Assembly: GCA_017997715.1 (NCBI GenBank)
Contig: JAGOEM010000001.1
Coordinates: 1,425-65,424 of the forward strand
Source: Ottowia sp.
Lineage (GTDB): Bacteria; Pseudomonadota; Gammaproteobacteria; Burkholderiales; Burkholderiaceae_C
Direction of reading: 5' to 3'
DNA length: 64,000 nucleotides
Shown: one piece after another, positions 32,092-43,042 of the stretch
How positions within the stretch are numbered: the stretch's first letter is position 1
Layout of the letters: each line of letters starts with the position of its first letter
Position numbers and translations under genes: made by a program
The notes under the pieces: model-generated
The model's database searches: none
What the model was told of the DNA's origin: nothing
Seen by the model: only the letters and a program-made list of their open reading frames with translations

Positions 32092-32133
32092 GCGCCCTAT
32101 CTACCGGCGCAGTAAGCTATTAAATAAGTAGTA
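32068..32133 (-). repeat. family A repeat A5 (overlaps synthetase stop codon)
   Basis: Minus strand TACTACTTATTTAATAGCTTACTGCGC-N11-GCGCTCAAGCCGTTTTTTGCTCTGAAAT. Confidence 0.75.
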
Positions 32134-32146
32134 AACAGGAGATTTC

Positions 32147-33769
<1,623 letters not shown>

Positions 33770-33780
33770 AGCAGTGAGGC

Positions 33781-33866
33781 ACCCCCTGAGTCGCTTCGCG
33801 CCTTCCCCCTCTCCTGTGGGAGGGGGACAACGCCTATGTCCGGCGCAGGTCCGGGCATGGCGTTGG
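33781..33866 (-). repeat. divergent family B-type structured element
   Basis: Minus strand: CAACGCC...GGCGTTG stem, CCCCCT-N10-AGGGGG hairpin, GCGAAGC, terminal GGGGG. Confidence 0.6.
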
Positions 33867-33920
33867 CTGGAAGGCGTTGTGCCACGGGTCGGCGGCGTTC
33901 CATCGAGGTGATGGACTGAT

Positions 33921-34439
33921 ATGGATAACGCGAGTTACTTCACCACCCTGGCCCGCTACAACGTGTGGGCCACAGGCCGCCTGCTGGATGCGGTGGCGGC
34001 GGTGCCGGAGGACGACTACCGGCGCTACGTGGGGCTGTTCTTCAAGAGCATCCACGGCACGCTGAACCATCTTCTGGTGGCCGACAACATCTGGTTTCCG
34101 CGCTTTGCCGAAGGCCGTTCGCCCAGCATGGCGCTGAATGCCGAGCTGGCGCCTGACCGCGCACAACTGGCCGCACGCCTGCGTGAGGGCGTGGCGCGCT
34201 GGGCGCCGCTGATCGGCACCTTCACCGCGGCGCAGTGGCAGGGCCCGCTGGATTACGTCACCACCCAGGGCGTGCCGGTGTCCTTGCCCTTTACGCCGAC
34301 ACTGGGCCACGTGATCAACCACGGCACGCACCATCGCGGGCAGGTCACCGCGGCGCTGACGGCGCTGACGGCGCTGGGGCAACCCGCGCCTGTCATCGAT
34401 CTCGTTTACATGCTGGTAGAGGAACAGAAACAACCATGA
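33921..34439 (+). CDS. DinB/YfiT family protein
   Basis: YNVWAT, SIHGTLNHLLVAD, HVINHGTHHRGQV. Confidence 0.9.
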   Translation: MDNASYFTTLARYNVWATGRLLDAVAAVPEDDYRRYVGLFFKSIHGTLNHLLVADNIWFPRFAEGRSPSMALNAELAPDRAQLAARLREGVARWAPLIGTFTAAQWQGPLDYVTTQGVPVSLPFTPTLGHVINHGTHHRGQVTAALTALTALGQPAPVIDLVYMLVEEQKQP

Positions 34440-35221
34440 ACCAAGCCCTTCGAATCAGCACGCAGAACCGCGTGGCCACGGTGGTGCTCAGCCGCCCCGA
34501 CGTGCGCAACGCCTTCAACGACGAAGTGATCGCCGAGCTGTCGCACGCCTTTTCGCAGCTGGGCGAAGACCCCGCGGTGCGCGCCATCGTGCTGATGGCC
34601 GAAGGCCCCGCCTTTTGCGCGGGCGCCGACCTGAACTGGATGCGCCGCATGGCCGACTACACGCGCGACGAAAACGTCGAGGACGCGGGCAAGCTGGCCT
34701 TCATGCTGCGCACCTTGTACGAATGCCCCAAGCCCACCATCGCCCGCGTACAGGGCGACGTGTACGCTGGTGGCATGGGCCTGGTGGCGGCCTGCGACAT
34801 GGCCGTCAGTGTCGACACCGCCCACTACTGCCTGAGCGAGGTCAAGCTGGGCCTGATCCCCGCCACCATCAGCCCCTACGTGATCCGCGCCATGGGGCCG
34901 CGCGCCGCGCACCGCTACTTTCTGACGGCCGAGCGCTTCACCGCTGCCGAAGCGCTGCGCATTGGCTTTGTGCACGAAGTGGTGCCCGTCGAAGCGCTGG
35001 ACGCCACGGTCAGCGACATGGTGGGCGCGCTGATCAGCGCCAGCCCGAACGCCGTGCGCGAATGCAAACAGCTGCTGCAGGACGTGGCCGAGCGCGATAT
35101 CTCGCGCCTGCTGATCGACCGCACGGTGGAGGGCATTGCCGACATCCGCGCCAGCGATGAAGGCAAGGAAGGCGTGCAAAGCTTCCTGCAAAAGCGCAAA
35201 CCAGCGTGGCTGGCCGATTGA
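34436..35221 (+). CDS. liuC: methylglutaconyl-CoA hydratase (crotonase family)
   Basis: RPDVRNAFN, FCAGADLNWM, AGGMGLVAACD, SEVKLGLIPATISPY; liu context. Confidence 0.8.
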   Translation: MNQALRISTQNRVATVVLSRPDVRNAFNDEVIAELSHAFSQLGEDPAVRAIVLMAEGPAFCAGADLNWMRRMADYTRDENVEDAGKLAFMLRTLYECPKPTIARVQGDVYAGGMGLVAACDMAVSVDTAHYCLSEVKLGLIPATISPYVIRAMGPRAAHRYFLTAERFTAAEALRIGFVHEVVPVEALDATVSDMVGALISASPNAVRECKQLLQDVAERDISRLLIDRTVEGIADIRASDEGKEGVQSFLQKRKPAWLAD

Positions 35222-35281
35222 TGATCAAAATGCCTTCTGGCGCCCAATCCACGGGCGCAAGCAGCTATTGTTGATATAGCG
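35216..35281 (-). repeat. family A repeat A6
   Basis: Minus strand CGCTATATCAACAATAGCTGCTTGCGC-N11-GCGCCAGAAGGCATTTTGATCATCAATC. Confidence 0.8.
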
Positions 35282-35376
35282 AATATGTTGTTGCAGATCA
35301 GCCTTGTGCGTCCGCGTGTCGTCCCCGTTGCCCCGCGCAGCGTTGGGGTGCGGCGCGCGTGCGCAAGGAGAACCCC

Positions 35377-36150
35377 ATGAACGACTGGCTGCAAACCGTA
35401 GTGCAGTGGCTGCACAGCATCGGCATTCATCCCACCACCGACGCCGCCGCTGCGGTGGGCGACGCGGTGGGCCAGGCCGGCGCGGCCGTGGGCGGCGCCG
35501 TGGCGCCCGTGGTGGCCAAGATGGACATGCCTTCGCTGCTGGCACTGGCCGCGGCGCTGGGCTGGGCCAGCGGTTTTCGCCTGTACGCCGTGGTCTTTCT
35601 GGTGGGCGCCATGGGTTATGTCGGCTGGATTCCGCTGCCCGCAGGCCTGCAGCTGCTGATGCACCCGTCGGTGCTGGCCGCCAGCGGTTTCATGTTGCTG
35701 GTCGAATTTTTTGCCGACAAGATTCCGTGGATCGACAGCCTGTGGGACACCGTCAACAGCGTCATCCGCATCCCTGCCGGCGCGCTGCTGGCCGCTGGCG
35801 TGTTTGGCGCCGACAGCGGCAGCATGGGCCTGGTTGCGGGCTTGCTGGGCGGCTCGCTGGCCGCTACCTCGTTCGCCACCAAGGCCACCACGCGCGCGGC
35901 CATCAACACCTCGCCCGAACCCTTCAGCAACTGGCTGGCCTCGTTCTTTGAAGACGGGCTGGTCGTGCTGATGGTCTGGCTGGCCACGCAATACCCCGTC
36001 ACCTTCGGCGTGGTGATGGCGGTGATGCTGGTGGTGTCGGTGCTGTTGCTGGTGCTGCTGTACAAGTTTTTGAAGGTGGTGGTGCGCAAGTTGCGTGGGT
36101 TCTTTGGTGGCGGCACCGCTGCCGAGTTGACGGAGCCAGCACGACGATGA
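35377..36150 (+). CDS. DUF4126 family membrane protein
   Basis: GWASGFRLY, EFFADKIPWIDSLWD, NTSPEPFSNWLASFFED. Confidence 0.85.
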   Translation: MNDWLQTVVQWLHSIGIHPTTDAAAAVGDAVGQAGAAVGGAVAPVVAKMDMPSLLALAAALGWASGFRLYAVVFLVGAMGYVGWIPLPAGLQLLMHPSVLAASGFMLLVEFFADKIPWIDSLWDTVNSVIRIPAGALLAAGVFGADSGSMGLVAGLLGGSLAATSFATKATTRAAINTSPEPFSNWLASFFEDGLVVLMVWLATQYPVTFGVVMAVMLVVSVLLLVLLYKFLKVVVRKLRGFFGGGTAAELTEPARR

Positions 36151-36656
36151 AGCGAGCCCTTCGTTGGCGGACAGAGCTGCGCGATGACGGCGTGTGGGAG
36201 CCGCCCCTACGCAGATTCGCACCCCTGGCGCTGCTGTTGTTGCCCGGCGCCTCCCTGCTATCCAGAAACCCCAACGATGGTTGGATGCTTGTCTTCGTGA
36301 TCGCGATGGGCGCGATGGTGCTGTGGACTGTCGGGCTCGCTCAGTGGGGCTTGCGCGATCGACTTGTGTTCGGATTGCGTATGGAAGGCGCGAGCGGCAA
36401 CACGCTGCTGATCGCGGACAACCAGCGCATAGCCGTTGACCGGATCCAAAGCCTGCTTGTGCGGGGGCCACTGGCCAAGCGTGAATTGATGGTGTTTTCG
36501 ACGCTTGATGGGGCATCCTCATTGCTTGTGGGCGGGCCACAGCATCGTCGCGATCTGGCTGAACAGTATTTGCTGGCAGGTCTGGAAGACCTGCCCTTCA
36601 AGGTCGAAATCCAAGCGCCGGAAAGCCCCTTCCTTCAACCAGACACCGTGTTCTAA
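36147..36656 (+). CDS. hypothetical membrane protein, atypical codon usage
   Basis: ATGA overlap with upstream stop; hydrophobic segments; fills the gap between two real genes. Confidence 0.55.
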   Translation: MKRALRWRTELRDDGVWEPPLRRFAPLALLLLPGASLLSRNPNDGWMLVFVIAMGAMVLWTVGLAQWGLRDRLVFGLRMEGASGNTLLIADNQRIAVDRIQSLLVRGPLAKRELMVFSTLDGASSLLVGGPQHRRDLAEQYLLAGLEDLPFKVEIQAPESPFLQPDTVF

Positions 36657-36693
36657 ACAACGCCAACCGCAGCCCATTTCAGGAGACAAACCG

Positions 36694-38709
36694 ATGTTCA
36701 AAAAAATCCTCATCGCCAACCGTGGCGAAATCGCCTGCCGCGTGGCGGCCACTGCGCGCCGTCTGGGTGTGCGCACCGTGGCGGTGTATTCCGATGCCGA
36801 CGCGCATGCCAAGCACGTGATGGTTTGCGACGAGGCCGTGCACGTGGGCGGCAGCGCACCCAAGGACAGCTACCTGCAGTGGCAGCGCATCATCGATGCG
36901 GCCAAGGCCACGGGCGCGCAGGCAATTCACCCTGGCTACGGGTTCTTGAGCGAGAACGAAGAGTTCGCCAAAGCCTGCGCCGACAACGGCCTGGTGTTCA
37001 TCGGCCCGCCGGCCAGCGCCATCAAGGACATGGGGCTGAAGGCCGAATCCAAACGCCTGATGGAATCGGCCAAGGTGCCGCTGGTGCCGGGTTATCACGG
37101 CACGGATCAAACCCCCGCCCTGCTGCACAAAGAGGCCGATGGCATTGGCTACCCGGTGCTGATCAAGGCCAGCGCGGGCGGCGGCGGCAAGGGCATGCGC
37201 GCGGTCGAGAAGACGGAAGACTTCATCGCCGCGCTGGAATCGTGCAAGCGCGAGGCGATCAACAGCTTTGGCGACGATGCGGTGCTGATCGAAAAATACG
37301 TCCAGCGCCCGCGCCATATCGAGATCCAGGTGTTTGGCGATACGCAGGGCAACTACGTGTACCTGTTCGAGCGCGATTGCTCGGTGCAGCGGCGCCACCA
37401 GAAAGTGCTGGAAGAAGCGCCCGCGCCAGGCATGCCGGAAAGCATCCGCGCCGCCATGGGCGAAGCCGCCGTGAACGCCGCGCGCGCCGTGAAATACGTG
37501 GGCGCGGGCACAGTGGAATTCATCGTGGAACAGCCCGGCGGCTATGAAAAGCCCGAGCAGATGAAGTTCTACTTCATGGAGATGAACACCCGCCTGCAGG
37601 TGGAACACCCGGTGACCGAAGCCATCACCGGCCAGGACCTGGTGGAATGGCAGCTGCGCGTGGCCAGCGGCGAGCCGCTGCCGCTGGAGCAGGACGACCT
37701 GCTGCTGGAAGGCCATGCGATCGAGGCGCGCATCTGCGCCGAAAACCCCGACAACAATTTCCTGCCTGCCACCGGCACCCTGCACGTGTACCGCAAGCCG
37801 GCGCACAGCGCTTTCGAAATCGGCGCCGTGCGCGTGGACGATGGCGTGCGCGAAGGCGACGCCATCAGCCCGTTCTATGACAGCATGATCGCCAAGCTGA
37901 TCGTGTGGGGCGAAACGCGCGAAGAGGCGCTGGCCAAGCTGGACGAAGCGCTGGCCGCCACCCACATCGCGGGCCTGCAGACCAACGTGCAGTTTTTGCG
38001 TCACGTGCTGGCCACGCCTTCGTTCAGCCAAGCCAGGCTGGACACGGCGCTGATCCAGCGCGAAAGCGAAAGCCTGTTCGACCAGGACCGCCTGGGCGTG
38101 CAGATGACCGTGGCCGCCGCCGTGGCGCGCGCCGTGCTGACCGAGCGCGGGGCGCAAAGCCACGACCCCTTCAGTCGCCGCGACGGTTTTCGATCGCACG
38201 GCGTGGCTTCGCGCCGCATGGACTTCGACTACCAGGGCCAGCCGGTCGTGGCCAAGCTGCGCTATCTGGACGACGGCCTGCATCTGAAGGTGGGCGAGCA
38301 TGACGCTGCGCCGCTGACCTTCACCGCGCTGCCGGGCGGCGCCATCGACCTGCGCTTTGGCGGCGACCGCCAGGTGGTGCAGGTCTACCCGCTGGGTGAG
38401 GTGGCGCACGTGTTCGGCACGCGCGGCGCAGCGCCGATCACCGAGCTGGATGTGTTGGCGCACGCCGGCGAAACCAGCGCCGAAGGTGGCCGCCTGACGG
38501 CGCCCATGCCCGGCAAGGTGGTCAGCTTTGCCGTGACGGCGGGCGACAAGGTCAGCAAAGGCCAGCCGCTGGCGGTGATGGAGGCGATGAAGATGGAGCA
38601 CACCATCGCCGCACCGGCCGACGGCGTGGTCGAAGAGCTGCTGTACGCGCCCGGTGATCAGGTGATGGACGGCGACGAGCTGCTGCGCCTGGGCACGCCC
38701 GCGGCGTGA
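36694..38709 (+). CDS. liuD: 3-methylcrotonyl-CoA carboxylase alpha subunit (biotin carboxylase plus biotin carrier)
   Basis: MFKKILIANRGEIA, HPGYGFLSEN, GGGGKGMR, EMNTRLQVEH, EAMKME. Confidence 0.9.
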   Translation: MFKKILIANRGEIACRVAATARRLGVRTVAVYSDADAHAKHVMVCDEAVHVGGSAPKDSYLQWQRIIDAAKATGAQAIHPGYGFLSENEEFAKACADNGLVFIGPPASAIKDMGLKAESKRLMESAKVPLVPGYHGTDQTPALLHKEADGIGYPVLIKASAGGGGKGMRAVEKTEDFIAALESCKREAINSFGDDAVLIEKYVQRPRHIEIQVFGDTQGNYVYLFERDCSVQRRHQKVLEEAPAPGMPESIRAAMGEAAVNAARAVKYVGAGTVEFIVEQPGGYEKPEQMKFYFMEMNTRLQVEHPVTEAITGQDLVEWQLRVASGEPLPLEQDDLLLEGHAIEARICAENPDNNFLPATGTLHVYRKPAHSAFEIGAVRVDDGVREGDAISPFYDSMIAKLIVWGETREEALAKLDEALAATHIAGLQTNVQFLRHVLATPSFSQARLDTALIQRESESLFDQDRLGVQMTVAAAVARAVLTERGAQSHDPFSRRDGFRSHGVASRRMDFDYQGQPVVAKLRYLDDGLHLKVGEHDAAPLTFTALPGGAIDLRFGGDRQVVQVYPLGEVAHVFGTRGAAPITELDVLAHAGETSAEGGRLTAPMPGKVVSFAVTAGDKVSKGQPLAVMEAMKMEHTIAAPADGVVEELLYAPGDQVMDGDELLRLGTPAA

Positions 38710-38722
38710 CCGGGGCCGGTTG

Positions 38723-39649
38723 ATGAAGCTGCTGTTCTGCCAGCCCGCCGCCCGCGACAACGATGTGTGGTTGCAGGATTTGCGCGCGGCGCTGCCCGGC
38801 GTGCAACTGGACGAATGGCAGCCCGGCCTGCCGCCGGTGTACGACGCGGCGGTGGTCTGGGGCCCGCCGCAGCAGATGGTGGACGAACAGCCACAGCTGA
38901 AGGCGCTGCTCAACCTGGGCGCGGGCGTCGACAAGCTGTTGGCGCTGCGCCTGCCGCCCGGCATGGCCGTGGTGCGGCTGGAAGACGCGGGCATGGCGGT
39001 GCAAATGGCCGAATATGTGTGCCATGCCTTGATCCGCTTCTTTCGTGAATTTGGTGCCTACGAGCGCCAGCAGAAAGAAGGGCTGTGGCACCCACGCCGC
39101 CCGCACGCGCGCGCCGATTTTCCGGTGGGCGTGATGGGCCTGGGCGCGCTGGGCGCGCGCGTGGCGCAGGCGGTGCAGCAATTCGAATTTCCTGTGCTGG
39201 GCTGGAGCCGCACACCGCGCGATCTGCCCGGCGTGCAGTGCTTTCATGGCGACGGAGGTCTGCCCGGGTTTCTGCAAGCCACGCGCGTGCTGGTCTGCCT
39301 GCTGCCGCTGACCGATGCCACGCACGGCATGCTGAACCGCCCTACGCTGGAGCAGCTGCAACTGGCCGGCTATGTGATCAACGTGGCGCGCGGCGGCCTG
39401 CTGGTGGAAGACGACTTGCGCCAGTTGCTGGACGACGGCCACCTGGCGGGCGCCACGCTGGACGTGATGCAGCAAGAACCCCTGCCGCCCGGCCACTGGC
39501 TGTGGACGCACCCGCACGTGACGCTGACCCCGCACATCAGCGCGCAAACGCTGCGGCCTGATGCGGTGGCGCAGGTGGTGCGATCGGTGCAAGCCCTGGC
39601 GCGCGGCGAGGCGCCCAGCGGGCAGGTGCAGCGGGACCGAGGCTATTGA
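38723..39649 (+). CDS. ghrA: 2-hydroxyacid dehydrogenase (glyoxylate/hydroxypyruvate reductase A-like)
   Basis: GAGVD, GVMGLGALG, LLPLT, INVARG, EPLP, TPHIS. Confidence 0.8.
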   Translation: MKLLFCQPAARDNDVWLQDLRAALPGVQLDEWQPGLPPVYDAAVVWGPPQQMVDEQPQLKALLNLGAGVDKLLALRLPPGMAVVRLEDAGMAVQMAEYVCHALIRFFREFGAYERQQKEGLWHPRRPHARADFPVGVMGLGALGARVAQAVQQFEFPVLGWSRTPRDLPGVQCFHGDGGLPGFLQATRVLVCLLPLTDATHGMLNRPTLEQLQLAGYVINVARGGLLVEDDLRQLLDDGHLAGATLDVMQQEPLPPGHWLWTHPHVTLTPHISAQTLRPDAVAQVVRSVQALARGEAPSGQVQRDRGY

Positions 39650-39667
39650 CAGCGTGGCGCCATCAGG

Positions 39668-39733
39668 GCGCTGCTGAATTGATAGCTGTTCGCGCAGTCG
39701 TGTAGGGCGCTGCAGCCCTAAATCATTCAAAAA
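39668..39733 (+). repeat. family A repeat A7
   Basis: GCGCTGCTGAATTGATAGCTGTTCGCGC-N11-GCGCTGCAGCCCTAAATCATTCAAAAA. Confidence 0.75.
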
Positions 39734-41233
39734 TCAACCCGCCGACGGCCTGCGCGGCGTGTCTTGCAGGCAAGGCGGCGCATCCTGCTTGACCAGGATC
39801 ACCGTGCACGGCGCCTGCATCGCCACCTTGATCGGCACGGTGGCGACAAGGCGCTGCAGCTGCAGCCCGTGGGTGGCCGCGCCCATCACGATCATGCTGA
39901 CGTTGTTGGTGCTGGCGTAGCGCACGATGGCGTCGGCGCGGTCGCTGTCCTCCAGCACCTGGTACGACACCTGGTGCCCGCCCAACGCCATGGGCTGCGC
40001 CCAGCGTTTGAGCATGGCCAGCATCTGGCGCTGCAAGGTGGTTTCGCTGCGCGCGCTGTCGGTGCTGCTGGTCGCCGAAGCGGACACCACGGTGACCACC
40101 GCCAGGCGCGCGCCGGGGCGAATGCCCAGCGAACGCTTGACCGCTTCGCGCAGCGAATGCAGCGTAGCTTCGGTCACGTCGTGATGCGGCACGGCCACCA
40201 TGACGATGGGCACTTCGGCCACCACGCGCGCGGGCAGCGGGCTGGGTTGGTATTGTTCGCCCGCGGCGCGCAGCCAGCGCCTGAAATGTGCGCCGAAGCC
40301 GGTGCCACGCAGGCGCGCCCCGCGTTCGCCCACGTGCACCTGTTCGGGGTGCGAAAGATCGAATGCCAGGTGCGCGGCCGACGGGTAGCGGTTGGCGGCG
40401 ACGGGTTCCAGGCAGCGCAGGATCACCTCCTGCAGCCACGGCGGCAAGGTGGCCCGGTGCTGGCGCGGCGGCGCGGGGTCCATCCACAGGCGCTGGCGCA
40501 GGCCGCCCCGCGTGGTGGGCGCGCCAAAGGGCAGCTGGCCGGTGGTCAGCTCGTACAGCATGGCGCCGATGGCAAACACGTCGCTGCGCGGGTCGCCGCG
40601 CACGCCCACCACCTGTTCGGGCGACATGTAGGCGGGCGAACCGATGGCCGGGCGCAGCTCTTCGGCCAGCAGATCGGGCAGGTGCGCGTGCCAGGACAGG
40701 CCGAAGTCCAGCAGCACGGCGCCCAGCATGGCCGATGGGTCGGCCGCGGCGGCGGTGACGGCGGCTGCGTCGCTGGGCGGGCGCACGATGACGTTGGCGG
40801 GTTTCAGGTCCAGGTGCACCGCGTTCTGCTGGTGCAGCGCGTGGGCGGCGGTGGCCACGGCCGCGCCCAGGGCGCCCAGCGTTTCGGCGGACAGCGGCTG
40901 GCCCTGGGTGACGCGCTGCAGCCAATGGTCCAGCGTGTGGCCGGGCACGTGCTCCATCACCAGGTAGGGGGTGGTGGCCAGGTCGCCCACGGCCACCAGG
41001 CGCGGCACGTGCGGGCCATTCAGCGCCTGCATGATCTGGTGTTCGACCTCGAAGCTGACGATGGTTTCAGCACCGTCGCCGGGCGCCATGCGCGGCAGCT
41101 TCATCACCATGGGGAAGGGCGCTGCGCGGCCGTCGGCGTAGTCCACGGAATAGATCTGGGCCATGCCGCCGGTGTGCAGCAATTCGCCCAGGCGAAAGTC
41201 GTCCAGCACCGTGCCGGGGGCGGGCGTTGTCAT
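39734..41233 (-). CDS. Hanks-type Ser/Thr kinase fused to a universal stress protein domain
   Basis: GGMAQIY, VMK, HLDLKPAN, DFG, YMSPE, SDVFAIG; C-terminal USP (ADAIVRYA...IVMGA...APCTVILV). Confidence 0.9.
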   Translation of the reverse strand: MTTPAPGTVLDDFRLGELLHTGGMAQIYSVDYADGRAAPFPMVMKLPRMAPGDGAETIVSFEVEHQIMQALNGPHVPRLVAVGDLATTPYLVMEHVPGHTLDHWLQRVTQGQPLSAETLGALGAAVATAAHALHQQNAVHLDLKPANVIVRPPSDAAAVTAAAADPSAMLGAVLLDFGLSWHAHLPDLLAEELRPAIGSPAYMSPEQVVGVRGDPRSDVFAIGAMLYELTTGQLPFGAPTTRGGLRQRLWMDPAPPRQHRATLPPWLQEVILRCLEPVAANRYPSAAHLAFDLSHPEQVHVGERGARLRGTGFGAHFRRWLRAAGEQYQPSPLPARVVAEVPIVMVAVPHHDVTEATLHSLREAVKRSLGIRPGARLAVVTVVSASATSSTDSARSETTLQRQMLAMLKRWAQPMALGGHQVSYQVLEDSDRADAIVRYASTNNVSMIVMGAATHGLQLQRLVATVPIKVAMQAPCTVILVKQDAPPCLQDTPRRPSAG

Positions 41234-41994
41234 CGGCCCACTTCCAGCCGGTCGGCAAAGAAAACCGGCAGCGGCGTGGCGCGAATGGCTGCGGCGGCGG
41301 CCGGCACGTCGTAGGGCACGCGGTGGAAGGTGAGTTGCTGCGCGGCCTCATCGAACAGGGCGTACATGGCTTCAACGCGCCCATCGCGCGGCTGCCCGAC
41401 CGAGCCGATGGTGGCCAGCCAGCGGCGGTGCCGTGGCACCGGAATGGCAACGCCCGGCGTGGGCAGGAACGGCATCAGCTTGCCGGCGCCGCCGCGAAAG
41501 TACAGCGTCTGCAGGTGCACATGGCCGCCAAAGACGTAGTGCACGGCGTCGTCGCCCGCTGGCGGGGTGCTGGCCCCATCCAGGCTCAGCGCGGCCATGG
41601 CGGGGCTGGTGACATAACGCCACCTGCTGGGCGCATCGGCGCTGGCGTGCACCAGCAGGGCGCTGCCGCTGCGCGCCGTCAATGGCATGCGGCCCAGAAA
41701 GGCGCGTTCGGCGGGGCTGAGCTGCGCCCGCGTCCACGCCACCCCGGTGTGGGCCATTGGCGCGGCCTTGGCGATGTCGACGTTGGCGAAATGGTCGTGG
41801 TTGCCCTTCACGGTCAGCGCGCCAGCGGCCACCAGGCCCATCGCGCGCTGCACCACCTGCGAGGGAAAGGCGCCATAGCCAACCAGATCGCCCAACAAGG
41901 CGTACTGCTGCGCGCCCGCCGCTTCGGCATGCGCCAGGCAGGCATCGAAAGCGTGCAGATTGGCGTGAATGTCGGAAAGCAGGGCGAGTTTCAT
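41230..41994 (-). CDS. metallophosphoesterase (YfcE/PPP-like)
   Basis: SDIHAN, LGDLVGYG, GNHD, GHVH, GSVGQPRDG; ATGA overlap with kinase. Confidence 0.9.
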   Translation of the reverse strand: MKLALLSDIHANLHAFDACLAHAEAAGAQQYALLGDLVGYGAFPSQVVQRAMGLVAAGALTVKGNHDHFANVDIAKAAPMAHTGVAWTRAQLSPAERAFLGRMPLTARSGSALLVHASADAPSRWRYVTSPAMAALSLDGASTPPAGDDAVHYVFGGHVHLQTLYFRGGAGKLMPFLPTPGVAIPVPRHRRWLATIGSVGQPRDGRVEAMYALFDEAAQQLTFHRVPYDVPAAAAAIRATPLPVFFADRLEVGR

Positions 41995-42130
41995 CGGGCG
42001 CGAACCCCATCAGTCAAAGGGGGTAACGTGATCTTACGACCGCGCGGGACAAGGGATTGCCAGCAAGCGCCGATGCGCGCCCGAGGCTAAACTGCGCAGT
42101 TGATTTTTGCCAAGCTTTCAGAGCCCCACC

Positions 42131-43039
42131 ATGACACTTCCCACCCGAGTCAAGATCGTCGATGTCGGCCCACGCGACGGGCTGCAAAACGAGAAGCAGC
42201 CGGTGCCCGCCGCCGTCAAGGTGGAACTGGTTCACCGCCTGCAAGCGGCCGGCTTGAAAGAGATCGAAGTCACCAGCTACGTCAGCCCCAAGTGGGTGCC
42301 GCAGATGGCCGACAACCACGAGGTGATGAGCGGCATACAGCGGCAAAGCGGCGTGCGCTACAGCGTGCTGACGCCCAACATGAAGGGCTTTGAAGCCGCG
42401 CTGGCCGACCGGCCCGACGAGATCGTGGTGTTTGGCGCCGCCAGCGAGGCCTTCAGCCAGAAGAACATCAACTGCTCGATCGCCGAGAGCATCGAACGCT
42501 TCGCCCCCGTGGTAGAGGCCGCGCGCGCAAAGGGCATCTACGTGCGCGGCGCCATGAGCTGCACCGTGGGCTGCCCCTACGAAGGCGAGATCGCCCCCGA
42601 GCGCGTCAGCTACCTGGCGGGCCTGATGAAGGGCATTGGCGTGCAGCACATCGGCGTGGCCGACACCATTGGCGTGGGCACGCCGCGCAAGGTGCAGGCG
42701 GCGATCGAGGCCACGCTGCAGCACTACGAGCTGAACGACATATCAGGCCACTTCCACGACACCTATGGCCAGGCGCTGGCCAATACCCTGGCCGCGCTGG
42801 AAATGGGCGTGTGGCAGTACGACACCTCGGTCGCCGGCCTGGGCGGCTGCCCGTATGCCAAGGGCGCCACGGGCAACGTGGCCACGGAAGACGTGGTCTA
42901 CATGTTGCACGGCATGGGGATCGACACCGGCATCGACCTGGACCGGCTGGTGGATACGGGCGCCTACATCAGCGAACAGCTGGGCCGCAAGACGGGTTCG
43001 CGCGTCGCCACGGCTTTGCTGGCCAAGCGCGCGGGATAA
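42131..43039 (+). CDS. liuE: hydroxymethylglutaryl-CoA lyase
   Basis: VGPRDGLQNE, HFHDTYGQAL, GLGGCPYAKGATGNVATED. Confidence 0.93.
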   Translation: MTLPTRVKIVDVGPRDGLQNEKQPVPAAVKVELVHRLQAAGLKEIEVTSYVSPKWVPQMADNHEVMSGIQRQSGVRYSVLTPNMKGFEAALADRPDEIVVFGAASEAFSQKNINCSIAESIERFAPVVEAARAKGIYVRGAMSCTVGCPYEGEIAPERVSYLAGLMKGIGVQHIGVADTIGVGTPRKVQAAIEATLQHYELNDISGHFHDTYGQALANTLAALEMGVWQYDTSVAGLGGCPYAKGATGNVATEDVVYMLHGMGIDTGIDLDRLVDTGAYISEQLGRKTGSRVATALLAKRAG

Positions 43040-43042
43040 GCC

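Noticed and set aside
34345-34378. 9-bp tandem duplication (TALTAL) in the dinB-family gene
   Set aside because: Small in-frame slippage with no evident consequence
40721-40778. Ala-rich stretch in the kinase flanked by GCCCAGC/GCTGGGC
   Set aside because: A 7-bp GC-rich inverted repeat is expected by chance; no match to family A or B
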